Notes under the pieces: model-generated
What the model was told of the DNA's origin: nothing
Databases searched by the model: none
Seen by the model: the letters and a program-made list of their open reading frames with translations, nothing else
From: Isurus oxyrinchus
Lineage: Eukaryota
DNA: 64,000 nucleotides
Reading direction: 5' to 3'
NCBI GenBank assembly: GCA_026770705.1
Contig: JANJGN010000385.1
Span: 1 to 64,000 of the forward strand
Shown: positions 32,801 to 44,500 of the stretch, piece after piece
How positions within the stretch are numbered: the first letter of the stretch is position 1
How the letters are laid out: each line of letters begins with the position of its first letter
Translations under genes and position numbers: made by a program

Positions 32801-34818
32801 AGAGGTTACAATGATCAGGAAAGATTTTCTTGCTCTTTGGCAGTAGTGTTTCTGTCTCTCAGCTTAATACACGTTCACTCTGAGACATGTGAATTGAGAA
32901 CACTGGATGAGAGAAGAGGCTCAGACCAGAGATTGGAGTTAAAAGCAGAATACTGTGGATGCTGGAAATCTGAAACCAAAACAAAAATTGCTGGAAAGAC
33001 TCAGCAGGTCTGACAGTATCAGTGGAGAGGAAGACAGGGTTAACGTTTTGAGTCCGTATGACTCTTCATCAGACCAGAGGTTTGAGTTCACTGGCTTCTC
33101 ATTTCCTCAGTGATCTGGGTGATTTATTACATTGTGGTTTGCTGGATCTTGCTGTGCACAAACTGCCTGCTGTGTTTTACATCTGTGACTACAATTCAGG
33201 AATAATTTCATTGGCTGTGAAGGGATTTGGATCCTCCTGAGGTGGTAAATTGCGCTGCAGAAATGCACATCTTTCTTTTATCGATACGTCAGACTTTTAA
33301 ACAGGACAGGAGAGATTGATGGGAGTGGATAACCTGATAATACAGTTAATGCTTTTCATCATTGATATTAAAGTGAGTATTAGATGTTGCTTTAGGACTA
33401 AACTGGAAGCCATCACCAGGTTATTGAGAATCAGACAATGTGTTAAAACAAGCTGTGTTTTGTGTTAATATGTAAACGTCACAGTTTGTGTTATTTCCCA
33501 TTGAGTGTTGAATGTGAATTGTTGAGTAATTATAACACAGCACTTACCAGAAACGTGAAGCTGGGTTACAGGGTAATAGTTATGGCTCGGACCATTGTCA
33601 AATTCTATTCTGAAAAAATAAGGTCCTGCATCTTCCCGTCTGATGTTGTTTATAATCAGGGAACAGTCGCCATCTTTCAGGTCTCCAGACAGCCGGGTCT
33701 GATGGCGGAACCGTGGTAACTCGAGACTGTGATCCTTGGAGTGAAAGGCTATGGGAGCCCAGGGAATCTGTTTCTCATTATTAAACCAGACTCCACCTCG
33801 TGGTTGATTTTCCAAATGTGCTGGATAACTGTAATGACATGGAATCTGTACACACGAACCTTCCTGCGCTGTCACCTCTCGTGGAGTGTCACCTTTCCAC
33901 TCTTGTGACAGTCCAACTGGGGAGAGAAATATCAATATTTAACTCTGGATGGTTTGTAGATCCACTAGACTCGATATCCACCCCCTCCATCACTGGGGCA
34001 CATTGGCTGCAGTGTGGACCATCTACAGGACACACATGGAACTCCCCAGGGGTTTCATAATGGATGGAAGAGAATCCTGGACACAGGAGTGGACAACTTC
34101 ATTCTACATTGGCTCATGGTCCTCAGGACCCTGTTTAGTGAAGCCAGTCTTCCACCCAACACAGTGTTTACAAGACACACAGGGAAACTGTGTAAACATC
34201 TCATCTCTCTAAACTGACTGGTTTGTCTTCGGTTTAACTTTCAGTTATTTTACTTCCTTATTATGGTTGCTATGGTGAAACTGTGCAGGAAGTGCGAGGG
34301 CTGGACTCTCTGTCTATTCTCACTGCAGCTGTGATGTAGTCGTGGTGGTTTTCAGTAAAATGAAACCCTCTGATCTCCTCCATCGCCGAGGTTTAGGGAG
34401 TGAATTCCAGAGCTCAGGCCCCAGGCAGCTGAAGGCCCGGCCGCCAGTATTGGAGTGATGGGAATCGGGGGATGGTCAAGAGGCCGGAATTGGAGTAACA
34501 CAGAGATCTGGGACGTTGGTTGGGAGAGTTGCAGGAGGTTACAGAGATAAGGAGGCAGTGTGAGGCAATGGATGCATTTGAACAAAGAGATGTGAATCTT
34601 AAGTTTGAGATGTTGTAGGACCAGGAGTCAGATAGTTTAGGGGTGATGGGTGAATGGGACTTGGTGTGAGTTTGTACACTGGCTCACTGCTGAATCAGTT
34701 CCCAATCACAGCTCAATAAGAATGATCTTTTACAAAGACTATTCACCATAAATCTGTCTGAGCTGACGATGATATTACCTTGGAGAAGTGACAGGAGGAA
34801 GTAAGATTTCCCGACCAT
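17714..34818 (-). CDS. Genes 3+2: putative fused activating Siglec-like receptor L-V3-C2-V2-C2-TM(Arg), about 503 aa
   Basis: Exons 34779-34818, 33548-33916, 32392-32688, 21471-21839, 19452-19748, 17714-17853; all phase 1 and open. No leader for gene 2 and no TM for gene 3 was found between them; deletion junction at about 30585. Confidence 0.6.
18976..19128 (-). pseudogene. Remnant 3' half of third Ig exon (gene 2)
   Basis: HLNVTMNRT...TITVE retained; 5' half and acceptor replaced by unrelated ~190-bp sequence; in-frame TGA at the junction. Confidence 0.8.
19452..19748 (-). CDS. Gene 2 first C2-set exon
   Basis: 297 bp, intact splice sites, open frame. Confidence 0.88.
21471..21839 (-). 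CDS. Gene 2 V-set exon
   Basis: 369 bp, SCVQIPC, DCSL and YFFR intact; distinct loop LEKTRVGIWNMRRDKWNTLS. Confidence 0.9.
22464..23766 (+). mobile_element. LTR-like element
   Basis: TGTTG...ATAACA termini, AATAAA near the 3' end, no coding homology recognised. Confidence 0.45.
23780..26500 (+). mobile_element. Degenerate Gypsy-like LTR retrotransposon (LTR end, PBS-like site, gag)
   Basis: ACA|TGGTGATCAGCGGTGG at 23959; gag remnants and Cys knuckles CGRCG...CPA...CKACGRKGH. Confidence 0.7.
26678..29460 (-). mobile_element. CR1 LINE ORF2 (endonuclease plus RT), frameshifted
   Basis: YFNARSL...DREGGKRGGG (APE endonuclease); QHGFVKGRSCLT, LDISKAFDKV, GVPQGSVLGP, FADD (RT). Confidence 0.92.
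31916..32068 (-). pseudogene. Remnant 3' half of third Ig exon (gene 3)
   Basis: Same replacement and TGA junction as 18976-19128. Confidence 0.8.
32392..32688 (-). CDS. Gene 3 first C2-set exon
   Basis: 297 bp, open, ttag| and |gtaatt. Confidence 0.88.
33548..33916 (-). CDS. Gene 3 V-set exon
   Basis: 369 bp; differs from the gene 1 V domain at 5 residues. Confidence 0.9.
34779..34818 (-). CDS. Gene 3 signal-peptide exon [13 protein letters not shown]
   Basis: 40-bp coding part with phase-1 donor. Confidence 0.83.
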
Positions 34819-35389
34819 TATCCACTCCCAGATATTTCATCAGATTCTCACTCTGAAGTTCTGAAAGAGAAAGGAGTTAATGAGACCTCACCTCTTGTCC
34901 GACAGCTCTCGAGAGATCAGATCTGCTTTTAGACAATGTCTTCACAGAATAGTTTGATTCTCTGTGGGATGATAGGTGTTCTGCAGAGAGTTACAAGGCT
35001 TTAAGAAGGAAAAACAATGAAGGATTTGCATTTCCATAGCACCTTTCACCACCTCAGGATGTCCCAAAGCTCATGTCTCTGCACTTCCCTCATCCCTTGA
35101 GCTCGAAAGATGTTCTGTACAACAGACTTGAGCCTCACACCCAGATCTCAATAATCAGTAGAAATCTTTCAAAGGCGTCAATCATTGGAATCTGTCTTTA
35201 TAAAGTCACAACATCAACAAAGGACGATGTTGGTGGTGGAAGTGAATTCCAATCGTTCCGTTACTTACCCAGGACCTGTCCGACTGCTCGCCTGGGGAGG
35301 AACTGCCCACACGCTCTGCTTGGGCTGAATGACCTCTTCCTGTGCTGCTCCCTCTGTGTGTTTAATTAGAAAGGGCTGATGTGTCACTG

Positions 35390-35409
35390 TGAGACAAAAT
35401 GAGGAAGTG
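35390..35409 (-). promoter_or_regulatory. PU.1/ETS site upstream of gene 3 (AP-1 mutated to TGAGACA)
   Basis: Same position in the conserved promoter block. Confidence 0.5.
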
Positions 35410-35627
35410 GGTAATCAGTGAGAAGATTGAGGATGTTTTGTGCTCTCAGCAAAACGTTTACCATGTGATGATCTGTCAGCTCATATTTGGGCAGCTGTAG
35501 TCATCAAGTTTCTCCATTGGCTCCATGGGATTAGACCCCTCCCCCTCACCTCAGAGGCTGAAGCGCAGGCGATAGACTTCCCAATACAGGTCTCTGGCCG
35601 TATGATACATGTTGACAATCCCTGATA

Positions 35628-37115
35628 TCATTACTGAAGGAGTGCTGCACTGTCAGGGGTATAGTACTGAGGGAGTGCTGCACTGTGTGAGGGTCAGTAC
35701 TGAGTGAGTGCTGCACTATCAGAAGGTCAGTAATGTGGGATTGCTGCACTGTCAGAGGGCCAGTCGTGAAGTATTGCTGCAATGTCGGAGGGTCAGTACT
35801 GAGGGAGTGCTGCACTGTCAGAGGGACAGTAATGTGGGAGTGCTGCACTGTCAGTGTGTCAGTAATGTGGGAGTGCTGCATTGTCAGAGGGTCAGTAATG
35901 TGGGAGTTCTGCACTGGAAGAGGGTCATTAATAAGGGAGTGCTTCACTGTCAGGAGTATAGTACTGAGGGAGTGCTGCACTGTGGGAGGGTCAGTACTGA
36001 GCGAGTGCTGCACTGTTAGTGGGGTCAGTACTGAGGGTCTGCTGCACTATCAAAGGGTCAGTAATGTGGGAGTGCTGCACTGTCAGAGGGCCAGTAGTGA
36101 AGGAATGCTGCAATGTCGGAGGATCAGTACTGAGGGAGTGCTGCACTGTCAGAGGGACAGTAATGTAGGAGTGCTGCACTGTCAGAGGGTCAGTAATGTG
36201 GCAGTGCTGCACTGTCAGAGGGACAGTAATGTGGGTGTGTTGCACTGGAAGAGGGTCCTTAATGAGGGAGTGATGCACTGTCAGTGGGTCAGTAATGTGG
36301 GAGTGCTGCACTGTCGGAGGCTCTGTACTGAGTGAGATTTGCACAGTCAGAGGGTCAGTATTGAGGGGGTGCCGGACTGTGGGAGGGTTACTACTGAGGT
36401 AGAGAGGAGTGTGAGAAGATATCCTTTCATGGCAAAGTTTAACTGGAATTTATTTAAACAGAGATTCTAGTACTGTGTGTTATTGCTAAAGAAAGGATAT
36501 GAGGAACTAAGTCTAGTTCCCCTCAGCCTAAAAATAATGTTCTCCGATTTCAATGATTTAGCATTGAAACCTCCCTCTTTGGGCATCAGTCTTGATTTAA
36601 ACAACTCGCACAGCACTGTGGGAGGGTGAGTACTGAGGATGTGCTGCACTGTGGGAGGGTGAGTACTGAGGGAGTGCTGCACTGTGGGAGGGTGAGTACT
36701 GAGGGAGTGCTGCACTGTGGGAGGGTGAGTACTGAGGGAGTGCTGCACTGTGGGAGTGAGAGTACTGAGGGAGTGCTGCACTGTGGGGGGGAGAATCCTG
36801 AGGGACAGCTGCATAGTGGGAGTTTGAATACTGAGGGAATGCTGCCCTGTCAGAGTGTCTGTACCTAGGGAGTGCTGAACTGTCGGAAAGTCATTAGTGA
36901 TGGAGGGATACAGTATCAGAGGGTCAGTATTCAGGGAGTGTTGCACTGTCAGATTGTCAGCCATGAGGGAATCCTGCACGGTCAGAAGGTCAATGATGAC
37001 GGGGTGAAGCACTTGAAAAGGGTCAATAATGAGGTAGTGCAGCACTGTCAGAGAGACAGTAATGAGGGAGCGCTGAACTGACGGAGGGTCAGCACTGAGG
37101 AAACGCTGCACTGTC
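35628..37115. repeat. 33-bp minisatellite arrays (duplicate of 14715-16370)
   Basis: Same unit and spacer. Confidence 0.92.
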
Positions 37116-37832
37116 AGTTCTGAGTGTGGTCTGCACTGCCCTAAGTGCATTCTAGGCACTGCCCAAGATTCCGCCTGATGTCCGTGTAACAACAACATCA
37201 TGTACACGTCGAGAATATTTCTCACTGTGTCTGTGCAGCAAGACAGCTTTGGAATGGCACCACCACTGGCAGGAGTGTGCAACTACAATGTGACATGTTT
37301 ACATTGGAAGTTTCTATAATAAGGATGGGCACAGGAATTTATATAATAGAGAAAATGTGACAACAAGAAGCTTTTCTTTGAGGCAAGAATTTGGCAGCAA
37401 AATAAGAATTTTAATCTATAAATATTTACAGAACAGGCTGAGCATTTTAATCACTTGTGTTAATCAATGTAATTTTATTCATAACCCAAATGCTTCTTAC
37501 AATCTATCGCAGCATGAAAAAGGTGCAGCATTCAGAAAGCACATTCCAATCAGAGAACAGAGTTTAGCAACGTCACATTTCTGTTCATTCCTATTCGACC
37601 ATGTTGGCTGCACACAGCCAGACAATGCCGTGGTTATGATGTGTCCACACAGCAGGACTGGGGAGCACCAGGTATAAGGAAAAGTTTCAGCTTGCTGAGG
37701 AGAAGAAGGACAATCTCTCGTTCCAGGTTTCTCTCCGTACATTAAGAAGCAGGCATGCCGATGTTTCATTGCACTCTGTCTGCTGATGGGAGTCCGCTTG
37801 GAAATTGCTGTTTGTGCTGATGGAAAGAATAA

Positions 37833-38440
37833 GCTTTTCATAAATCGAGGGATTGAGTACAAACACAGGGAGGTTATGCTGAACATTTATAAAGCTCTGG
37901 TTAGGTCACAACTAGAGTATTGTGCCCAGTTCTGGTCTCCTCACTTTGGGAAGGAAGTGAGGGTCCTTGAGAGGGTGGGGAGGAGATTGAGCAGAATGGG
38001 TCCAGGGATGAGGGATTTTAGCGACAAGGTTGGGTTGGAGAAGCTGGGGTTGTTCTCCTTGGAGCAAAGGAGATTGAGGGGGATCTGATCGAGGTGTACA
38101 AGATGATGATGGGTTTAGATCAGGTAGACAAAGAGAAGCTGTTGCCATTAGCTGATGGTACAAGGACTGGGGGACACAGATTGAAGGTTTTGGGCAGAGG
38201 GGGATGTGAGGAGGAACTTTTTTACACAGCGAGTGGTAATGAGCTGGAACTCGCTGCCTACGAGGATGGTGGAAGCGGAGACAATGAACGATTTCAAAAG
38301 GAAATTGGATGGACACTTGAGGAGAAATAAACTTGAAGGGATACGGGGATAGAACGGGGGAATGGGACTGACTGGATTGCTTTACAGAGAGACAGCATGG
38401 AGTAGATGGGCCAAATGCCGTTCTTCTGTTCCATGATGAG
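37833..38440 (+). mobile_element. CR1 LINE 3' fragment (duplicated copy)
   Basis: Near-identical to 17085-17690. Confidence 0.85.
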
Positions 38441-38459
38441 ATTGTTGCTGTCCAAATCT

Positions 38460-38599
38460 TTAAACAGTCTGTCGACTTCCTTTCACTGTTTGTCTCTCCC
38501 AGACACAGACTCCAGCGATAGTGATAACCACAGCCACAAGGAATATCACAGCTCGTATTCCCAGGATCAGGATCACGTGCAGAATCTCTCCTCCACTGT
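38460..38599 (-). CDS. Gene 4 TM(Arg)/short-tail exon
   Basis: 140 bp ending in TAA, near-identical to 17714-17853. Confidence 0.85.
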
Positions 38600-41500
38600 C
38601 TAGAGAACACACAGAAAGAAATCATCACTGACTCTCCGCTTTCAATCTCTCACTCTGGCTGAACAATCAAGCTTCATATCACTGCAACATTTGCTGTAAT
38701 ATTGACCCATCCACTGGGATTCAATGTGGAATGAATGTTTTCATTGTAAACACTCTAAGAGTGGACAATCGGAACTTTCCCCTTAGCGTGGAACATTGGT
38801 GAGAATGGATCATTGTGCTGTTGGACTCCCTGTCCAATGTTTCTCTCCATCGCTGTGTACAGGATTGTGCTGTAGAAAATTCTGGAAACGTTTAGTGCAG
38901 GGTGGAAATCCATCTCGGACGCGTCTGCGAATCGGACAGGATCGAGATGGACTTCCTCACGGACTTACACCCCCCGCTTAATAAACAGTTCCAATCTTTA
39001 CCCAGAGAGAGGGGAGAATGTGGAACTCGCTCCCACTGGGAGTGGTTGAGGTGAACAGTATCGATGTATTTAAGGGGCAGGAGGCTCGGTAACCAGAGGG
39101 ACACAGATTGACGAACCGGAGGGGGAGATGAGGAGAATTTGTTTTGACAGAGCGAGTTGTTGTGATCTGGAAGATTCTGCCTGAAAGGGCGGTGGAAGCA
39201 GATTCAACAGGAACTTTCAAAAGGGAAATTGGATAAACACTTGAAGGAAGAAGATGGCGGCAAAGTGGAGTGGTGGTTAGTGGATCTGATTGGATAGAAC
39301 ATTGAAAGATCTGGCACAGGCACAATGGGCTGAATGGCCTCCTCCTGTGCTGTATCATTCTCCACTTCCATGATCTCTCCCCCAGTTAGTAACCACTCCA
39401 GATCCCTCTTGAAGGCAACAGAGAGACAGCAACCACCACACCCACTGACAGCACATTCCCGAGGATCCCTACTCTCTGGGAAAAGATGAACTCCCCAACA
39501 TCCAGCCTATTCCTGCTTCCTGGAGAGTGTAAACCCTTCCCAGAGCGTGGATGAACCTTTCAATAAACTGTATTATCAAATCTACTGTTTGATATATAAG
39601 TTAATTTCGATGAACTTACAGCATGTGTAGCAAATTGTGAAGTGAAGTTGGCTGAAAAGCAGGGAGGTGCAAGCTTAAGCACCACAGTGCCACCACTGGT
39701 GGGAGGACGTAAAGACAGTGTGACGTTTACATAGGATGCCCCCATTATAAACAGGGTCATTGGACATGATGGCAAAACTGAACACTGGAAAGGTGAGAAA
39801 ATGAAGTAAGCTCTTCACTAACAGGAAATCCCTTCCTAAACTTCCTTATTTCTCCCTTTCTCTCAGATACACAAAAAATTTGACACAGGGCATTATAAGG
39901 AGGAGTTAGGACAGGCAAGAGTTAGGGAATAGGAAGCTTCTTAAAGGAGGAGAGAGATACATGGAGAGGTGGGGAGTATCAGTTGGAATCTTTGTGCATG
40001 TGAGTTTCTGGAATAGACTTCGTAATTTGGATATTCTTCGATAAATATGAATGGGAACACATATCCCAGAATCCAGGAGAACTCTCCAGTGCAGTACTGG
40101 GGGAGGTCAGGTAACTCACAGGGAAGTGTGTACTACTGTGTTAGTGTGTGAGTGTGTCTTTCTGTGTGCTCATGAGTGTGGGATTGTGTGTGTGCATGCA
40201 CTTTGGGTCTGTACATTTGTGAGTGCTTGTGTGTGTGTGTGTGGGAGTGCATCTGAGTATATGTGTTCGGAGATGAGAGAAATATTAAAGTCTGTGTAAC
40301 TCACATTCCACAGTAATGGTTATGAACCCCTCCACTGCTCCATGTTCATTCTCTGCCACACACTGATATTCTCCAGTATCCCTGGATGTAACGTGAGGAA
40401 TCACCAACCACAGCTCATTGTTGGAACTTGTTCTGTTCATTGGGACATTAAGATGTCGCCACATCAGGTTAGAAGCTGGGAAGCTCTCGACAGAGCAGAT
40501 TATCTCTGCAGAATTCCCCTCAATTATATTGATCGATGAAGCGTTAATCATATCTGGAGAAGTAATTGAGAGATTCCGTGGTGCGTCTAAAAACAAATAC
40601 AGATCAGTTAACTTACACTGACTGTGAAGCACTTTGAAAGACACTGAGAATGTGAAAGGTGTGATGTCAATGTAGGTTCTTTCACCACATAGCCCGTAAT
40701 CCAGGCAGACACTTCAGTTCAGTATTGAGGGCGTGCTGCACTGTCAGAGGGTCAGTACTGAGGGAGTGCTGCACTGCCAGAGGTTCAGTACTGAGGGAGT
40801 GCTGCACTGTCAGAGGGTCAGTCCTGAGGGAGTGCTGCACTGTAGGAGGGACAGTACTGTGGGAGCGCTGCACTGTAGGAGGGTTACTGCTGAGATAAAA
40901 CTGCACAGTCAGAGCGTCAGTTCTGATTGACCAGTGCAATGTTGGAGGAGCACTACTGAGGGATCATTACACTATTAGAGAGACAGTAATGAGGGAGTGC
41001 TGCACTGTAGAAGGGTCAGTGCTGAGGAGGCAAACATGCTGTTATGTGTGTACTATAGGCCTCCTGTGATAATGTGGAGTGCCAGGTACCTTTAAGAGAA
41101 TACAAGTGGATAAACCATGTGACAGTACTGACCAATCACTGGACAGTGTGGGCCACTGGTTAACTGTAAGTCTGGAGCTGGAGGTGGTTGTGGGAGCAGG
41201 CAAGGATTTAGTGCTCTGCCCTCTGTTACAATAAATAATCAGCTTGTTCTAATGTCGGTCTCTCTTGGTTATTGATAGCGAGCATCAGCTAAGAATAACT
41301 CAACAGGTCTGGCAGCATCGGGGGAGAAGAAAAGAGTTGATGTTTCGAGTCCTCATGACCCTTCGACAGAACTGAGGTCATGAGGACTCGAACCGTCAAC
41401 ACTTTTCTTCTCCGCCGATGCTGCCAGACCTGCTGAGTTTTTCCAGGTAATTCTGTTTTTGTTTTGGATTTCCAGCATCCGCAGTTTTTTTGTTTTTATC

Positions 41501-44500
41501 AACTAACAAGTGTATATGAAGGAATGCAATTCGAGTTTACTCAACCAGTGAACTCATAGACTCAAGATATAAAACCAACAAACAGTCAGGGAGAGATGGA
41601 CAATCCAACATGTGATCACATTTCAGAGATGTGTAAGAATAATAAAGCAGTAATACTCAGGGATTTTAACTACCCAAATATTAACTGGGACAGCTTTAGT
41701 GAGCAAGGTAGGGAGGGAGAAAAATTCTGAAGTTGCATCCAGGAGAAGATTTTTAGTCTGTGCATAGAAAGCTCAACAAGGGAGGGGACAGTTCTGGACC
41801 TAATATATGGAAAAGCGCCGGGGAAGTTGGAAAGCGTATCAGTAGGGGAGATGGTGACTGTAACTCAATTGGATTTAGGATAGTTATGGAGAAGGATAAG
41901 TTTGTGCTGGGAATAAAAATTCTAAACTGGGGAAAGGCTAATTTTACTAAGATGAGATATGATTTGGCCCAAGTGGACTGGGAGAAGCTCTTTGCAGATA
42001 AAACTGTGTCAGAGCAGTGGGAGGCATTCAAGGAGGGAATAGCGAGAGTACAGAGCAGATATCTTCCTGTAAAGACAAAGAGGGAGACCAAGTCTGGAGA
42101 ACCCTGGAAGACAAGGAACATAAAGGTTAGGATTGAGAAAAAAGAGAAGCTTATGGCAGATACTGAGGGCTCAATACAGCAGAGTCCCTAGAGGAGTATA
42201 AATAGTGCAGAGGGGAACTGAAAAAGGACATTAGGAAAGATAAGAGAGTGCATGAGAAAGCACTGGTGTGTAGAATAAAGCAAAACCCAGAGGGATTTTT
42301 TAAATATGTAAAGAGCAGCAGAATAACTCGGGAAAGAGTGGGGCTGATTAGGGACCATCGAGGTAATGTGTGTGTGGACCTGGAAGACGTGGGTACAGTC
42401 CTCAATGAATACTTTGCATCAGTCTTCACTATGGAAAAGGATGATGCAGGTATAACATCAGGGTGGAGGACAGTGAAATATGAGAGGAAATTAACACAGA
42501 GAGAGGAGGTACTAGTGGGTTTAGCGGCCTGAAAAGTGGATAAATCCACAAGTCCGAATGAGATGAATCCAAAGCTGTTGAGGGAGGAAAGGGAAGAGAT
42601 ATCAGGGGCCCTGGCAGTAATTTTCAAATCCTCTCTGGCCACAGGTGACGTGCCAGAGGACTGGAGGATGGCTAATGTTGTCCCATTATTAAAAAAGGGA
42701 GGAAGGGATAGATCAGGAAATTACAGGCCAGTCAGTCTAACCTCGGTGGTGGGGAAGTTACTAGGAAGAATTCTGAAGGACAGAATGAATCTGCACTGGG
42801 AGAGACAAGGATTAATCTGGGATATTCAGCTGGATTTGTTAAGGGAAGGTCATGTTTGACAAACCTGATCAAATCTTTTGAGGAGGTAACCAGGAGTGTT
42901 GATGAGAGTAATGCCTTTGATGTGGTCGACATGGGCTGAGGAAGGCTTTTGATAAGGTGCCTCTTGGCAGAGAGGCCAAGAAAGTAAGAGCCCATGGGAT
43001 CCAAGGCAAAGTGGCACGTTGGATCCAATATTGGCTGAGGCAGGAAGCAGAGGGTGATGGTGGAGGGATGTTTCTGTGACTGGATGTCTGTTTCCAGTGG
43101 GGTTCCACAGGGCTCAGTGCTGGGGCACTTGCTGTTTGTGGTGTATATAAATGAATTGGACGTAAATATAGGGGGGATGATCACGACGCAAATGGACTTC
43201 AACCTGGAAAAGTGTGAGGTGATGCACTTAGGGAGGGAGTTGCTGACCAGAATGGACATGATGGGCTAAATGGCCTCCTTCTGTCCTGTAAGTGTCTATG
43301 AGTCTATGAGTCCAAGATGCACTGTCGGAGAGTCAGTAGTAAGGATGTACTGCCTGTCAGGGCTCACTTTTACCAGTTAAAGACCAATGGTTTGTTTATA
43401 AACAAAGTGCAGGATGTGGGAGCTTGCTGTGCACATTTGATACTATTCCAGCTAATGTAGAATGAAGGGTGTTTGTACTTACGTAGCACAGTTAGTACGA
43501 GGGTCCGCTCCGATGAAACAGATGGATATCTCACTCTGCAGCTGAGAGTGTGTCCGTGGTGTTTGAGTGATGGGATCAGGGTCAGAACAGAAGTATAGGT
43601 CAGAGTGACACCATGCTGAGTTACAGTGTTTGAGACTGATCCAGGTACGTCAGTGGGAGTGTCCCAGGTTAAGACAGGTGCTGCTGTTCCATTGCACGTT
43701 GTGTTGAAGGTGCAGCTTACATCCACACGCTTTCCTGCAATAATTTCAGCAGGGAATATCGTGGGTTTATCTGTGAAATCTAACAGACAGAGAATGGATC
43801 CTTTTAGAGAAATATAATGTGAAGCATCAGTTCAAATAGAAACCACAGTCCCACAAGAGAAAGCATTTTTACAAGGATGATATCAGAACTGAGAGGTTAC
43901 AATGATCATTAAAGAATTGTCTATTTTTACACTTGTTGAATCTCTGTCACTCAGATTAATACACTCTCACTCAGTGACCCTTGATTTGACCAGACTGGGT
44001 GAGGGTGGAGGAACAGCTCACAGCTCGGGGAGAACAGACTCAGCATTTGGAAAAGGATATCGAGACACTGGAGAGGGTGGTAAAAAGCTTCACAAGGATG
44101 ATCTCAGCAATGTGAGGCTTTACCTATCAGGAGAGGATGTACAGGCTGGGTCTCTGTTCTCTTGAACAGAGAAGGTTGAGGGGTGACCTCATTTGACCTT
44201 TGAAGTAATGAAAGGTTTTGATCGAGTAGACATGGAGAGAGTGTTTCCACTCCTCACAATGAACAAAACCAGAGGCTGACAATATAACATCCTCACTAAT
44301 AAATCCAATGGGGAATTCAGGAGGAACTTCTTTACCCAGAGAGTGGGGAGAATGTGTGCTTCAAGAATCACTTCATTGGCTGTGAATCAGTTTAGGATCG
44401 TCCTGAGGTGGTGAAAGGCGCTATGGAAATGTGAGACTTGCTTTTGTATTTTGAAAGCAGGTTTCCAAGATTGAGATGGGAACTGAGAGGTAACAACAAT

